Origin: Candidatus Marsarchaeota archaeon
GTDB taxonomy: Archaea > Micrarchaeota > Micrarchaeia > Micrarchaeales > CABMGC01
Direction of reading: 5' to 3'
DNA length: 64,000 nt
Assembly (NCBI GenBank): GCA_023476545.1
Contig: JAMCYP010000014.1
Span: forward strand, 2,297 to 66,296
A model generated the notes under the pieces. It worked only from the letters and a program-made list of their open reading frames with translations. It had not been told where the DNA came from and searched no databases. Shown here piece by piece: positions 31,366 to 40,815 of the stretch; position 1 is the stretch's first letter, and each line of letters begins with the position of its first letter. A program made the position numbers and the translations under genes.

Positions 31366-31438
31366 GCCTTGGTAGTGTAGTGGTCTAGCATACGAGCCTG
31401 TCACGCTTGTGACCCGGGTTCGAATCCCGGCCAAGGCG
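31366..31438 (+). tRNA. tRNA-Asp (GUC)
   Basis: GCCTTGG/CCAAGGC+G, anticodon arm CGAGC-CTGTCAC-GCTTG, T loop TTCGAAT. Confidence 0.96.
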
Positions 31439-31576
31439 TCCTATTCTTACGCCGCAGCGCCGGGTTCGAAAAAGCAAGATGGTTGCACCCTAGCTAGATT
31501 CTGATTCTGCGGCCGCAGAGCTCAAACGTCGCGTTGTCGCACAAGCGTATTAAAACTTACGCTACATATCGACATC

Positions 31577-32158
31577 ATGGTGTCAACAAAACTTCTGGGA
31601 GGCGTCATAGCGGCAGTCATAGTAATCGTAGTCGTAGCATTGGCGTTTACTTCTCTCCATAAATCAAGCAATCCGCAGTACCTTATAACATCCTCCGCGA
31701 ACAGTACCGCAGCTTATTCGGCCGGGCCGTACCTTACCTCCGGCCAAGCTGAAGGATTTATAGGCCCTGTGCAGACAAGCGGCATAAAGGCGCTTAATAC
31801 CTCCGCTGCAATCGCCAATTTCAGCAAAAGCTTAGTAGCAAATGCGAGTGCAGTGTGGGTGGCAATCTACGCAGATGCGCGAAACGCCAGCATTTCTGAG
31901 GAGGTTGTAGAAGCAATAAATTCTAGCAAGGCACAAGCAATGTATAGTTTAATGACGGCGTCCGCACAACAGCATCCCAACTACAACTTTGGCACGTATG
32001 ACAACATGGCATACGTTGAAGTACCATACAACCAGACCACACACACCGCAGGGTTTATGGGCTGGAAAGGGCGCTATGACGTCTTAGCATTTATATCAAA
32101 TGTGAGCGCGGTGAACGTTACCAACCTAGTGCATGTAGCGGCAGGAGACCTGAAATGA
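31577..32158 (+). CDS. N-terminally membrane-anchored surface protein
   Basis: N-terminal TM, Ala/Asn/Ser-rich, many sequons, lower GC. Confidence 0.75.
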   Translation: MVSTKLLGGVIAAVIVIVVVALAFTSLHKSSNPQYLITSSANSTAAYSAGPYLTSGQAEGFIGPVQTSGIKALNTSAAIANFSKSLVANASAVWVAIYADARNASISEEVVEAINSSKAQAMYSLMTASAQQHPNYNFGTYDNMAYVEVPYNQTTHTAGFMGWKGRYDVLAFISNVSAVNVTNLVHVAAGDLK

Positions 32159-32470
32159 GATGGCCGAAGCTCAAATGCCACATGGTTGCCTCAAACTGGT
32201 TGCACTCCTGGCTAGCTAAGTTCTGGCTCTGCAACAAGTCCAAAGAGAGGGATATAACACCTAAAGAAGGCAGATTTTTATTGGCTTTATGGCCGACCGA
32301 AACAAATTTGCCAGTATGATGAAGAAATGATGTTTTGGTGAGACTATGAACAAAACAGAGATAGTTAGGCCGAGGCGTAATCCTTTGGTGCGACGCGGGC
32401 GCGTATGCAGGTAAATCTGCTTTGAACTCTGCTTTAAAAACTTTCAACCCCAATTTCAGTACATGGTGGG

Positions 32471-32953
32471 TTGATGCAAGAGATATATGGCAAGCCTTTG
32501 ACAGAGACCGAGGCGAGGTCGCTGGTGGTGAGGGACATAATGAGCTATCCGGTAGTGACTACTCACGAGAAAGCGAGCATCAGGGAAGTGGCGAAGCTTA
32601 TGAAGAAGCACAACGTTGACGCGGTTGTGATGACCGACAAGTCCGGCGCGCCTTCTGGAATAATAACAGAGGGAGACATAGTGAGGAGACTCGTGTCAAC
32701 GAAGAGGAACCTGTGGTTCGTCAAGGCGGCGCACGTGATGAGCAAGCCGCTCATAACGGTAAGCAGAGACATGAGCATTGAGGATGCTGCGAAGTTCATG
32801 GCGGAGAAGAAGATAAAGAAACTATGCGTGGTTGACCAGGGCAGGAAGCTGATTGGTATGCTCACCACAGAGGACATAACGAAGAACGCCGGCTACCTCA
32901 TCAATGTGCTTCAGGAAGTTATACATACCGGCTACTACATGGGCCTGCTGTAA
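32471..32953 (+). CDS. CBS-domain pair protein
   Basis: VRDIMSYPVVT...GIITEGDI; VMSKPLITV...GMLTTEDI. Confidence 0.93.
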   Translation: MMQEIYGKPLTETEARSLVVRDIMSYPVVTTHEKASIREVAKLMKKHNVDAVVMTDKSGAPSGIITEGDIVRRLVSTKRNLWFVKAAHVMSKPLITVSRDMSIEDAAKFMAEKKIKKLCVVDQGRKLIGMLTTEDITKNAGYLINVLQEVIHTGYYMGLL

Positions 32954-32961
32954 CTCGCTGG

Positions 32962-34374
32962 CTAGGCGAACGGCGCGAGGAGTAGGAATGGCGCGATACC
33001 CAGTGTGATCGTTGAGATAGCGAGGAAGACCATCGCAGCCTTTATGCCAATTCCAGGGCTCGAGAAAGGCTCGATCGCTTTTGACGCGCTGAAGAACGCT
33101 CGCTCGATCACCAGGAAGAAGAGTGCTCCGATTATCAGCACTGCGGCAAGCGGCACCACACCCCCAGCGCTGTATGCGCTGAAAGCTCCAATGAAGACAA
33201 GCAGGTCGCCCACAAAGCCGCTGGTCAGCGGTATGCCAACAAGCGCAAATGTTCCGAAGACAAAGCCGTAAGCCAGTGAAGGAAAGTTCTTCACCACTCC
33301 TTTTATCTTTGCCACCAGCATCGTGCCGTATACCTCGTCTAGCGTTCCGACGATGAGGAAGAGAAGCGATATGGCGATTCCGTGGCTCAGCATCGCGTAT
33401 ATCCCGCCCACTATCCCCACCCGGGTCAGCGAGGCGATTCCGAGAGACGCGATTCCCATGTCAACGATGCTTGTGTAGGCGATCATGCGCTTCAGGTGCG
33501 CCTGACGCATCGCCACCAGCGCGCTGTAAAGGGCGGATATCCCGAAAAGCACCGCAAGGGGAAGCGCGTAGCTAGATGCTATTGGCAGCATGAGAAAGAC
33601 GAGAAGCAGGCCGTATCCGCCCAGCTTCAGAAGTATGCCGGCAAGTATCATGCTTCCTGTGGTAGGCGCCTCGGTGTGCGCGTCTGGCAGCCAGCTGTGG
33701 AATGGGAACACTGGTATCTTTATCAGGAATGCCGTGCCCAGGAGCACGAGTGCCAGAAGCTGCAGGCTCTGCGGCATCGTGCCCGCCTGCGATATCACCG
33801 ATGCTATCTCGAAGGTATGAGCAGGCAGACCGGAGTATATCACAAGTATGCCCAGCAGGAGCAGCAGGCTTGCAGCAAGAGAGTATATGAGGAACTTTAT
33901 CGCCGCGTACCTCCTGTCGTAGCCACCGAAGATGTAGATTATGAAGAACATGGAGATCTCGCTGATCTCAAAGAAGATGTAGAACAGGAAGAGGCTGCCT
34001 GCAAAGAAGACACCAAGCACCGAGCCCGATACCAGCAGGAAGAGCAGGCCGTATATGCGCTGCGACTCTTTGATGAAGCTCCTGGCAACCAGCGCAGAGG
34101 CGAGTATCACTATGGCGGCCATCACGGCGAATATGTTGCTGTACTGAGTCAGTGCAAGGCTGAAGGTTATGCCAAGCGTCTGTATGTATGTCTGGGAGAA
34201 CGAGAGCGGCGCAAAACCTGAGGTAAGGCCTACGTACGCTGAGCCTATCACTGCGAAGAAAACGGCGATGGAAGAGACAAGCGCAACATTGAACGAGTGG
34301 CGCTCAGGGAGGACAAGCAGCGGAATGACGAACAGGAAGGGAAGGAGTACTGAGAGCAAGAGCAATGGGAACAT
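32962..34374 (-). CDS. nuoM: NADH-quinone oxidoreductase-like subunit M, outside the nuo operon
   Basis: FYIFFE, YAAIKF, IKIPVFPFHSWLPDAHTEAP, LAGILLKLGGYG. Confidence 0.95.
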   Translation of the reverse strand: MFPLLLLSVLLPFLFVIPLLVLPERHSFNVALVSSIAVFFAVIGSAYVGLTSGFAPLSFSQTYIQTLGITFSLALTQYSNIFAVMAAIVILASALVARSFIKESQRIYGLLFLLVSGSVLGVFFAGSLFLFYIFFEISEISMFFIIYIFGGYDRRYAAIKFLIYSLAASLLLLLGILVIYSGLPAHTFEIASVISQAGTMPQSLQLLALVLLGTAFLIKIPVFPFHSWLPDAHTEAPTTGSMILAGILLKLGGYGLLLVFLMLPIASSYALPLAVLFGISALYSALVAMRQAHLKRMIAYTSIVDMGIASLGIASLTRVGIVGGIYAMLSHGIAISLLFLIVGTLDEVYGTMLVAKIKGVVKNFPSLAYGFVFGTFALVGIPLTSGFVGDLLVFIGAFSAYSAGGVVPLAAVLIIGALFFLVIERAFFSASKAIEPFSSPGIGIKAAMVFLAISTITLGIAPFLLLAPFA

Positions 34375-34496
34375 CAGATCACGCGCGCCTACTGTCTATA
34401 CCTACCTCAAAGCTTTTATTTGATCACGCTGGGAGAAGGGCGGAGCACGAGCTGAGATACGATACTATACGACATCGGAACAGGAGAGCGTGCGGA

Positions 34497-34805
34497 TCAG
34501 CTTGCAGCGTCTATGCTTCCTTCAGGGAAACCGAGGTTGACGAGCTCCTTCTTCGCCTCTGCGATATGCTCCCCCTGAAGCTCTATGACTCCCTTCTTGT
34601 GGGTCCCGCCGCAGGCAAGCTTGTTCTTCAGCGCAACGGTGGTCTTGTCCAGCTCGTCGCCAGCGAGTCCCTCTACTATGGTGACAAACTTGCTGAACTT
34701 TGCCTTGGCCTTGTAGATCTTGATGCGTTTTGTAGCCTCTCTGTCCAGTATTTCGCAGACGCAGATTTCCTTTGGCAGACCGCACCTTGGGCACATCTCA
34801 GGCAT
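34497..34805 (-). CDS. sui1: Translation initiation factor aIF1 (SUI1)
   Basis: CPRCGLPKEICVC, LKNKLACGGT, IELQGEH. Confidence 0.96.
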   Translation of the reverse strand: MPEMCPRCGLPKEICVCEILDREATKRIKIYKAKAKFSKFVTIVEGLAGDELDKTTVALKNKLACGGTHKKGVIELQGEHIAEAKKELVNLGFPEGSIDAAS

Positions 34806-35002
34806 TAGTTGGCAACACCTTTCTCTTTTAGCAGCGTGAGGATCTGAGCCCTGGTCCTCTTTATCTCCCTGACCTTTACCTTCTTGCTCTGCACTCCTGT
34901 GGCCGCTATCTTGCGCTTCTCTATTGACAAATCGAGGGTGAGCTGCTGAAGCTTGTTCTTAAGCACGTCAACGCTCATTGCCCTTAGTTCCTTTATGCGC
35001 AT
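34805..35002 (-). CDS. rpl29: 50S ribosomal protein uL29
   Basis: IKELRAMS...VREIKRTRAQILT; operon position. Confidence 0.94.
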   Translation of the reverse strand: MRIKELRAMSVDVLKNKLQQLTLDLSIEKRKIAATGVQSKKVKVREIKRTRAQILTLLKEKGVAN

Positions 35003-35038
35003 TTCATCATCTATTGTGCATTTGCTTATATTTATACC

Positions 35039-35665
35039 TTACTTGGAGCCCTCGAGGCTCTTCGGCAGCGCCATCTTTGCTATCTGCCTGTCAGGGAACG
35101 ATGTCCCTGGCTGGACTATCATCACCTGTATCCCGATCGCCCCGTACTTCGGGTATGAGGTGACGCGCGCCTTGTCCACGAGTTTGACCGAGTCGCCGGC
35201 CTTGGGAATGTAACCGAATCTCACCTTTATCTGCTTGGCCTTTGCGCCCTTCGCTGCCAGCTTTCCAGTTGCTATTATCTCAGCGCCGAGGGCTCCGTTC
35301 TCCATGACGGTCCTGAGCGCCGAGTGAAGCAGGCTCCTCGCATTCGCTCCCCTCTCGAGCGCGTTTGCTATATGCCTTGCGACCAGCCTCGGCTCCAGGA
35401 GCTCGTTCTTGACTTCAGCCACGCTGATCTGCGGATTGTCTATCTTGAACTTGGACTTTATGTCCTGGGTTATCGCGTCTATTGTTGAGCCGCCCCTTCC
35501 TATGACCCTGCCCGGGTTGGTCACGTATGCGGTTATTCTTGTTATCACTGGCGTCTTCTGTATCTCCACCCTGGAGAAGCCCGCCCTGCTGAGCGTCTTC
35601 TCGAGATACTTTGTTATCTCGTGCTTGACCATTGCGTCTTCGATGAACTTCCTCTCTACTACCAT
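35039..35665 (-). CDS. rps3: 30S ribosomal protein uS3
   Basis: KH domain PGRVIGRGG, GALGAEI; start at ATG 35665. Confidence 0.97.
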   Translation of the reverse strand: MVVERKFIEDAMVKHEITKYLEKTLSRAGFSRVEIQKTPVITRITAYVTNPGRVIGRGGSTIDAITQDIKSKFKIDNPQISVAEVKNELLEPRLVARHIANALERGANARSLLHSALRTVMENGALGAEIIATGKLAAKGAKAKQIKVRFGYIPKAGDSVKLVDKARVTSYPKYGAIGIQVMIVQPGTSFPDRQIAKMALPKSLEGSK

Positions 35666-35678
35666 ACTATCTCTCGTT

Positions 35679-36341
35679 TCACTTCTTTGCGGTTGCATCT
35701 GCCTTGGCTTCCGCTTTTGGTTCTACCTTCGCTTCGGGCTGTTTGGCTGCCTTCTGCGTCTTTTGCTGCTTCGGCGCGCTTGCTGCAGGCTTCGGCTTTG
35801 AAGCACGCTTGGGGTTCCTTACCCTAATCATGCGCTTCATGTTCTCGGTGAGAGAGGACGCATCGGCGTTCGCCAGGCCTATCTCCACCTTTGCATACTC
35901 GAGGTCGCTGTGCGTTCGCGCAGACATGCCGTACATTCCCCTGCCCCATGAGGCTGATCCCTTTGATGGCATCCTTCTTGCTATCACGGTCTTGTTTGCA
36001 GAAGCGTGTACAACGTAGAGCGCAGTGTCGTCAAGCCCCTTGCTCCTTGAATTCGCTATGGCGTTGAGCAGAATCAGCCTGACTATCTTCGCCGCCTTTA
36101 TAGGGAAGGCGCCCTTTCTGCCGCCGAGCTCGCTTCTGGATCCCATGTGCTTGTTGAACTTGTGGAAGAGTATGGGCTTCTCCAACGCCACTATTCCCGC
36201 TATGACGTCCATGGCGTTGTCTGTGTTGAGATACCTTATCGCATCGCAGACCACGCAGAGGTCCTTGTAGCTGGCGTCGATGTCGTGACCCTGAGCCAGG
36301 CCCATCTGGTCGCTTGCTATGTTTATCGAGTACCTCATCAC
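35679..36341 (-). CDS. rpl22: 50S ribosomal protein uL22 with a Lys/Ala/Pro-rich C-terminal extension
   Basis: SYKDL..VCDAIR, GAFPIKAAK, LLNAIAN; operon position. Confidence 0.95.
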   Translation of the reverse strand: MMRYSINIASDQMGLAQGHDIDASYKDLCVVCDAIRYLNTDNAMDVIAGIVALEKPILFHKFNKHMGSRSELGGRKGAFPIKAAKIVRLILLNAIANSRSKGLDDTALYVVHASANKTVIARRMPSKGSASWGRGMYGMSARTHSDLEYAKVEIGLANADASSLTENMKRMIRVRNPKRASKPKPAASAPKQQKTQKAAKQPEAKVEPKAEAKADATAKK

Positions 36342-36724
36342 TTCACCGCGAGGAACTTGCTTCCTCTTGTTGCCCTGATTCCTGGAGCTGAATGGACCAC
36401 TCTCTTCGTAGAGAATGCGAACTCGCCGAGCCTGTGCCCCAGCATCTCCGGAGCTATCACCATCTCCTTGAACTCCTTGCCGTCGTGAACCCCGAACCTC
36501 ATGCCGACCCAGCTCGGGAGTATGACTGCTTCGCGGAGCTGCGTCTTGACGAGTTTGTTGCCCTTCTTCGCCTCCTCAACCTTCTCAATCAGCTGCTTGT
36601 AGCCGAAGCTCATCCTCTTCAGGGCGCGCCTCTCTCTCGCGTTGATGAGCTTGGCGTACTCGTCCATGCTGAGCTTCTGGAGCTCTTCCAGAGTTTTCCC
36701 TCTAAAGCTAAATATCCTTGGCAT
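36338..36724 (-). CDS. rps19: 30S ribosomal protein uS19
   Basis: FRGKTLEELQ, PEMLGHRLGEF, PGIRATRGS. Confidence 0.98.
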   Translation of the reverse strand: MPRIFSFRGKTLEELQKLSMDEYAKLINARERRALKRMSFGYKQLIEKVEEAKKGNKLVKTQLREAVILPSWVGMRFGVHDGKEFKEMVIAPEMLGHRLGEFAFSTKRVVHSAPGIRATRGSKFLAVK

Positions 36725-36726
36725 TC

Positions 36727-37446
36727 TCAGCTCCTCTTCTTCCTTCCTACACGCCTCGCTGCGATGTGTCCTACCTTGGCGCCAGGAGGCGCGTGGCGGG
36801 ACGTCATGCTAGAGGCACCCTTGTGGTGCTGCTTGCCACCGAATGGGTGGTCGACAGGGTTTGACTTTACTCCGCGGTTGCGTGGCCAGTAAGCATTGAT
36901 TGCGTGATGCATGTGATGGCTCTTTCCGGCCCTGAGTATGGGCTGCGCGTCTGCGCCGCCTCCTGCTACAGCGCCCACCTGGGCCCTGCAGATTGAGCTT
37001 ATGTCCACAACCTTCTTCGAAGGCATGAGCACGCTGACAGTGTTCTGCGTGTGCGATACTACAGTGGCGTACGCTCCGGCGGACCTGGCAAGCTTGCCTC
37101 CGTCTCCAGGAGTCACCTCTATGTTGTAGACAGGCGTGCCGTCTGGTATCGAGGTCAGGGGCAGTACGCTTCCGAGCGTGACGTCAGCCTGCATACCCTC
37201 CTGTATCCTTGACCCTACACGTATGCCCTCCGGGGCTATGAATATCGTCTCGCTGTTGTCCTCGTAGACGACGCGCATGAGCGGAGCCTTGTGTCCGGGG
37301 TCGTCGATGAGTTCGAGCACCTCTCCTACCATCTTCGAGTCAACCTTCCTGCTCGGGAATACGACATCGGCCTTGAAGGTGTTTGGAGGCTTCCTGAATG
37401 CGTTGGTGCCCCTGCCCCTTCTCTGCATGTGTAGGTTCTTTCCCAT
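36727..37446 (-). CDS. rpl2: 50S ribosomal protein uL2
   Basis: MGK...QRRGRG, GDGGKLARSAG, NPVDHPFGG, PPGAKVGHIAARR. Confidence 0.99.
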   Translation of the reverse strand: MGKNLHMQRRGRGTNAFRKPPNTFKADVVFPSRKVDSKMVGEVLELIDDPGHKAPLMRVVYEDNSETIFIAPEGIRVGSRIQEGMQADVTLGSVLPLTSIPDGTPVYNIEVTPGDGGKLARSAGAYATVVSHTQNTVSVLMPSKKVVDISSICRAQVGAVAGGGADAQPILRAGKSHHMHHAINAYWPRNRGVKSNPVDHPFGGKQHHKGASSMTSRHAPPGAKVGHIAARRVGRKKRS

Positions 37447-37456
37447 TATCTCACCT

Positions 37457-37708
37457 TCATACCAGCTTCAGCTTGAGCGCTATGTCGCTCGCCTTGAACT
37501 GTTCGCTTATCTTTATGTAAGCCCTCTTTCTGTTTCTTGGCTCTATCGCGACGTTTACGCGTGCGACCTTCACCTTGAACGTGTCCTCGAACTCCTTCTT
37601 TATCTGTGGCTTCGTTGATCTCATGTCAACCATGTACGTGATTATGTTGTTCCTCTCGATCATGTTGATCGCCTTCTCGGTTGCTATCGGATACATGAGC
37701 GCGTTCAT
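37457..37708 (-). CDS. rpl23: 50S ribosomal protein uL23
   Basis: YPIATEKA, KPQIKKEFE..FKVKVARVN, KRAYIK. Confidence 0.97.
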   Translation of the reverse strand: MNALMYPIATEKAINMIERNNIITYMVDMRSTKPQIKKEFEDTFKVKVARVNVAIEPRNRKRAYIKISEQFKASDIALKLKLV

Positions 37709-37712
37709 ATGA

Positions 37713-38528
37713 TCACTGTTTGTAGTTCGCAGTTGACTTTGCTATCCCGTCCTTTACTGATTCAAGCGCAGCCTCAGACCACAGCGTTAGCCTTGGCCTC
37801 GCGCCAGGAGCCAGTTTCCCTATGTTCATCCTGTCGACTTCGAGCACGTCAACGCCAGGTATGTTTCTGCCTGCCTTTTCAACGGACTTGGCGTCCTTCG
37901 CTATTATAAGTACGGTGCTCCTGAAGTATCTCTTCTTACTCCTCCTTCTTGTGCCGTCGTTGGTCCTGGGCGCGTGCGATCTCTCCATGTCGTCGGCGAA
38001 GCCTAGCACTCCAAGAACCTTGGTGAGCTCCTTTGTTCTCGCTATCTTCTCTATCTGGTTCGAAACGACTACCGGGAATGGTTCCTTCTGGAAAGCGTAA
38101 CTCTTCTTTATCATGGGTGCGTTGGCTGTAGCAGCTACTGCTATGCTCAGCGCCTTGGCGTACTCCTTCCTGTTTATCCTCTCTCTTATTATCTTCTCGA
38201 CCTTGTGCGGATGGGCCCTCCTTCCCTTCACCGAGGAAGGTATCTTCCTTACGTCGCCTGAGCCTCCCTTGGCCAGCCTCTGCCTGGGCCTCGGAGGTCG
38301 TCCTGTGTGCCTCTGTGTTCTGTAGGTTCCGTACCTTCCAGTATAGGATGCGGAGGTGTCCATTCCAGCAAGCAGGTAGTGGCCCTGGGGCTGGTATCTG
38401 GCGCTCTGCTCCGCGAGCAGCGCCCTCCTCACTATGTCCTCGTTGAACGCGATGCTGAACACCTCCGGTAGTGTGATCTTCTTCTCCACCTTCCCGTCGG
38501 TTTGGTAAACGTTGGCCTCCATTCTCAT
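37713..38528 (-). CDS. rpl4: 50S ribosomal protein uL4
   Basis: LPEVFS, AGMDTSA, GRRAHP, RNIPGVDV, LAPGA.PRLTLW. Confidence 0.97.
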   Translation of the reverse strand: MRMEANVYQTDGKVEKKITLPEVFSIAFNEDIVRRALLAEQSARYQPQGHYLLAGMDTSASYTGRYGTYRTQRHTGRPPRPRQRLAKGGSGDVRKIPSSVKGRRAHPHKVEKIIRERINRKEYAKALSIAVAATANAPMIKKSYAFQKEPFPVVVSNQIEKIARTKELTKVLGVLGFADDMERSHAPRTNDGTRRRSKKRYFRSTVLIIAKDAKSVEKAGRNIPGVDVLEVDRMNIGKLAPGARPRLTLWSEAALESVKDGIAKSTANYKQ

Positions 38529-39490
38529 GCACCCTGCTTTGACTCGAGCGATACGTAAGTTATCTTAGGAACTGCTGACTTGCCCTTCGGGCGCAGCGCC
38601 CTCCTTATCCTGACCAGCCTCTTGGAAGCTCCTGGTATGGAGCCGTCAACTAGGAGGTAATCGTTATTTATCATGCCGAACCTCAGGAAGCCTCCCGCGG
38701 GAGTGACCGTGTTTGCGTCCTGGACTGTGCCTACCTTAAGCACGCGCTTGTTTATCTCAGTTCGATAGTTGAACCCCAGGTGGCCTGCTTGCGGAACCGA
38801 GAAGAGCACCTTCGCCGGGTGCCAGGCGCCCAGGCTGCCCACGTGCCTTGTCTTTCCGGTGGACTTGTGGTAAAGTTTTGCGACGTGGAACCTGTGCACA
38901 GGGCCCTCCCATCCCTTTCCTTTCGAAACGGAAGTCACGTCTATCATGTCGCCGCTGTTGAGCAGTTCCGCGAGCTTCAGCTCCTTGCCCATAACCTTCT
39001 CTATGAATGCGATCTTGCCAGATATGTCCTTGCCACCTACAGGAATCTCGAACCTCAGCGTCTTCTTTATACCCATCTTGAGACTCTCAGGGTCAGCATA
39101 TGCGAGAGCCACAACATCAGAGTACTCGCTGGCCTTCTTCTTTGTCTCCTCCATGCTGCTCTGCTTTGCGTTCTTCATGCCGAGCTTCTGCGCCGCTGCC
39201 GTATCGAAGACGTCAGTGGCTGCCTGAGAGTAGAGATAGTTCTTCTTGTAGAACCTGGCTCCGTATACGAACATCTTTGGAATTACGAGAACAGTGGCCG
39301 CACGGGAAACCTCCTGGCCCTTGGAAGGCGAGTTTGAGTCGTCGATTATGCCGACGTGCGTCATTCCTGCCTTGAACGCTACGAGCGTGAGCACGCCGGG
39401 CTCTGCTGTTGCAGGCCAGTTCCTCACTCTCGGAAGTAGCCTATGCGCCCGTCTATGGGGCCAAAATTCTAGCGAACCTTTATGACTCAT
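38525..39490 (-). CDS. rpl3: 50S ribosomal protein uL3
   Basis: GSLEFWPHRRA, FKAGMTH, SKGKGWEGPVHRF, GAWHP; start at ATG 39490. Confidence 0.98.
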   Translation of the reverse strand: MSHKGSLEFWPHRRAHRLLPRVRNWPATAEPGVLTLVAFKAGMTHVGIIDDSNSPSKGQEVSRAATVLVIPKMFVYGARFYKKNYLYSQAATDVFDTAAAQKLGMKNAKQSSMEETKKKASEYSDVVALAYADPESLKMGIKKTLRFEIPVGGKDISGKIAFIEKVMGKELKLAELLNSGDMIDVTSVSKGKGWEGPVHRFHVAKLYHKSTGKTRHVGSLGAWHPAKVLFSVPQAGHLGFNYRTEINKRVLKVGTVQDANTVTPAGGFLRFGMINNDYLLVDGSIPGASKRLVRIRRALRPKGKSAVPKITYVSLESKQGA

Positions 39491-39610
39491 GCCTATGCAC
39501 TTGGAAAAGTAGCACAGTGTGCTGCTGTCAACGCCGAAAACAGCTAACCTATAGGGCAATTTAGCTTTATAAAAGTGTCGGGAAGCGGGTATTTGTGGAA
39601 GTGAGCGTCC

Positions 39611-39994
39611 GTGAACAGCGCATCTTTAGTATCTGAGGAGCCAATAACGTGCATGGGGTACTGCGGTCCTCAGTTATACACGGTGATAAAGGACGGACAG
39701 TTAGTCCTAAGCGAGGTGCCCGGAGCGTATGCAGGCATCGTCACCAAGGGCATCTTTGGCAGGCTGGAATGCAAATCTGGCATGTATGCGAAGAGGGAGA
39801 ACAGGGTGTTCTTTGCAACGTTGGAGGACGCGGTGAAGATGGGCTTCAGGCCCTGCAACAAGTGCAAGCCTCTGGACGAGGAGCATTTCGAGAGAGTAAA
39901 GAGCCTGGTGAGGGAACCTACACTGAATGATTTCTACCACAGGCCCATGCGCCGGATAGACCCGCCTACTTTATCAGAGAGTCTACGCTGGTGA
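39611..39994 (+). CDS. Stand-alone Ada-type metal-binding domain protein
   Basis: GIFGRLECKSG...RENRVFF.TLEDAVKMGFRPCNKCKP. Confidence 0.88.
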   Translation: MNSASLVSEEPITCMGYCGPQLYTVIKDGQLVLSEVPGAYAGIVTKGIFGRLECKSGMYAKRENRVFFATLEDAVKMGFRPCNKCKPLDEEHFERVKSLVREPTLNDFYHRPMRRIDPPTLSESLRW

Positions 39995-40193
39995 CTACCT
40001 TTAGCTGCTTCACTGCGCTTGAGACCGACGCCAGGAGCGCGACGGGGTCGCTCGCCTCCACCTTTATCTCTATACTGTCCTTTGACGCATTGAACGACAG
40101 GCTGCCCCTCTTGTACTTGGCGCCCTTGCCCACTATCCTAACGTAGTCCTTGGATCTCGGGCCCAGAGCCAGCTTGATCGTAGCGCTTGGCAC
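39966..40193 (-). CDS. pcc1: KEOPS subunit Pcc1
   Basis: 75 aa; IKVEASDPVALLASVSS; lies downstream of rpl15e. Confidence 0.8.
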   Translation of the reverse strand: MPSATIKLALGPRSKDYVRIVGKGAKYKRGSLSFNASKDSIEIKVEASDPVALLASVSSAVKQLKVVTSVDSLIK

Positions 40194-40197
40194 GCCG

Positions 40198-40779
40198 TCA
40201 CCTGTATTCGGCGCGTCTGCTCATTCCCTGTGTAACGCTTGGCCTGTTCCTGCTAGTGCCGAATCCTTTCTTTATCAGCCCACGGAACTTCTTCCCTGAG
40301 CTTGTGAGGCCGCGTGTCGCCCTTCCGTGCTGGGCTATGACTTTCGCATATATCGGATCGTTGGCCACCGAAGGATGAGTCCTGTCAAGCAGGATAACCT
40401 CGAAAAACTTGTAGTTGCCGTCCTCTCCCACGAAGTATGAGTTGAGCACTTCGCAGTTCGTAAACTTGTTGGACGCGCGCTCCTCAGCCCTTGCCTGAAG
40501 CGACTTCCTGAAAGCATAAAATCTTCCTGACTTTGAGGGCTTCCTGCCGGCCTGTATCTTTCTCCTCTTGCTGAGCCCGCGGTCTATCCTGACCCTGGCG
40601 ATGACGACACCCTGCTTTGCCTTGTAGCCGAGCTCTCTCGCCCTGGCCACGTTCGTGGGCTTCTCCACGCGCTGCACTGGCGACTCTCTCCTCCATGTGA
40701 CTATGCGCAGCTTGAGCTGCTGCGACCTTGTGTTGTAGGCGCCCTGGAATGACCTGTTTATGTACCTGTAAGCGTTCAT
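40198..40779 (-). CDS. rpl15e: 50S ribosomal protein eL15
   Basis: ARELGYKAKQG, AEERA, LNSYFVGEDG.YKFFEVIL, RGLTSSG. Confidence 0.99.
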   Translation of the reverse strand: MNAYRYINRSFQGAYNTRSQQLKLRIVTWRRESPVQRVEKPTNVARARELGYKAKQGVVIARVRIDRGLSKRRKIQAGRKPSKSGRFYAFRKSLQARAEERASNKFTNCEVLNSYFVGEDGNYKFFEVILLDRTHPSVANDPIYAKVIAQHGRATRGLTSSGKKFRGLIKKGFGTSRNRPSVTQGMSRRAEYR

Positions 40780-40815
40780 ACTTTCACCGAGAGAAAAAGC
40801 TTGCTAGCTGAATCC

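Noticed and set aside
32155..32453. Short ORFs on both strands after the surface-protein gene
   Set aside because: Atypical composition and no recognisable domain.
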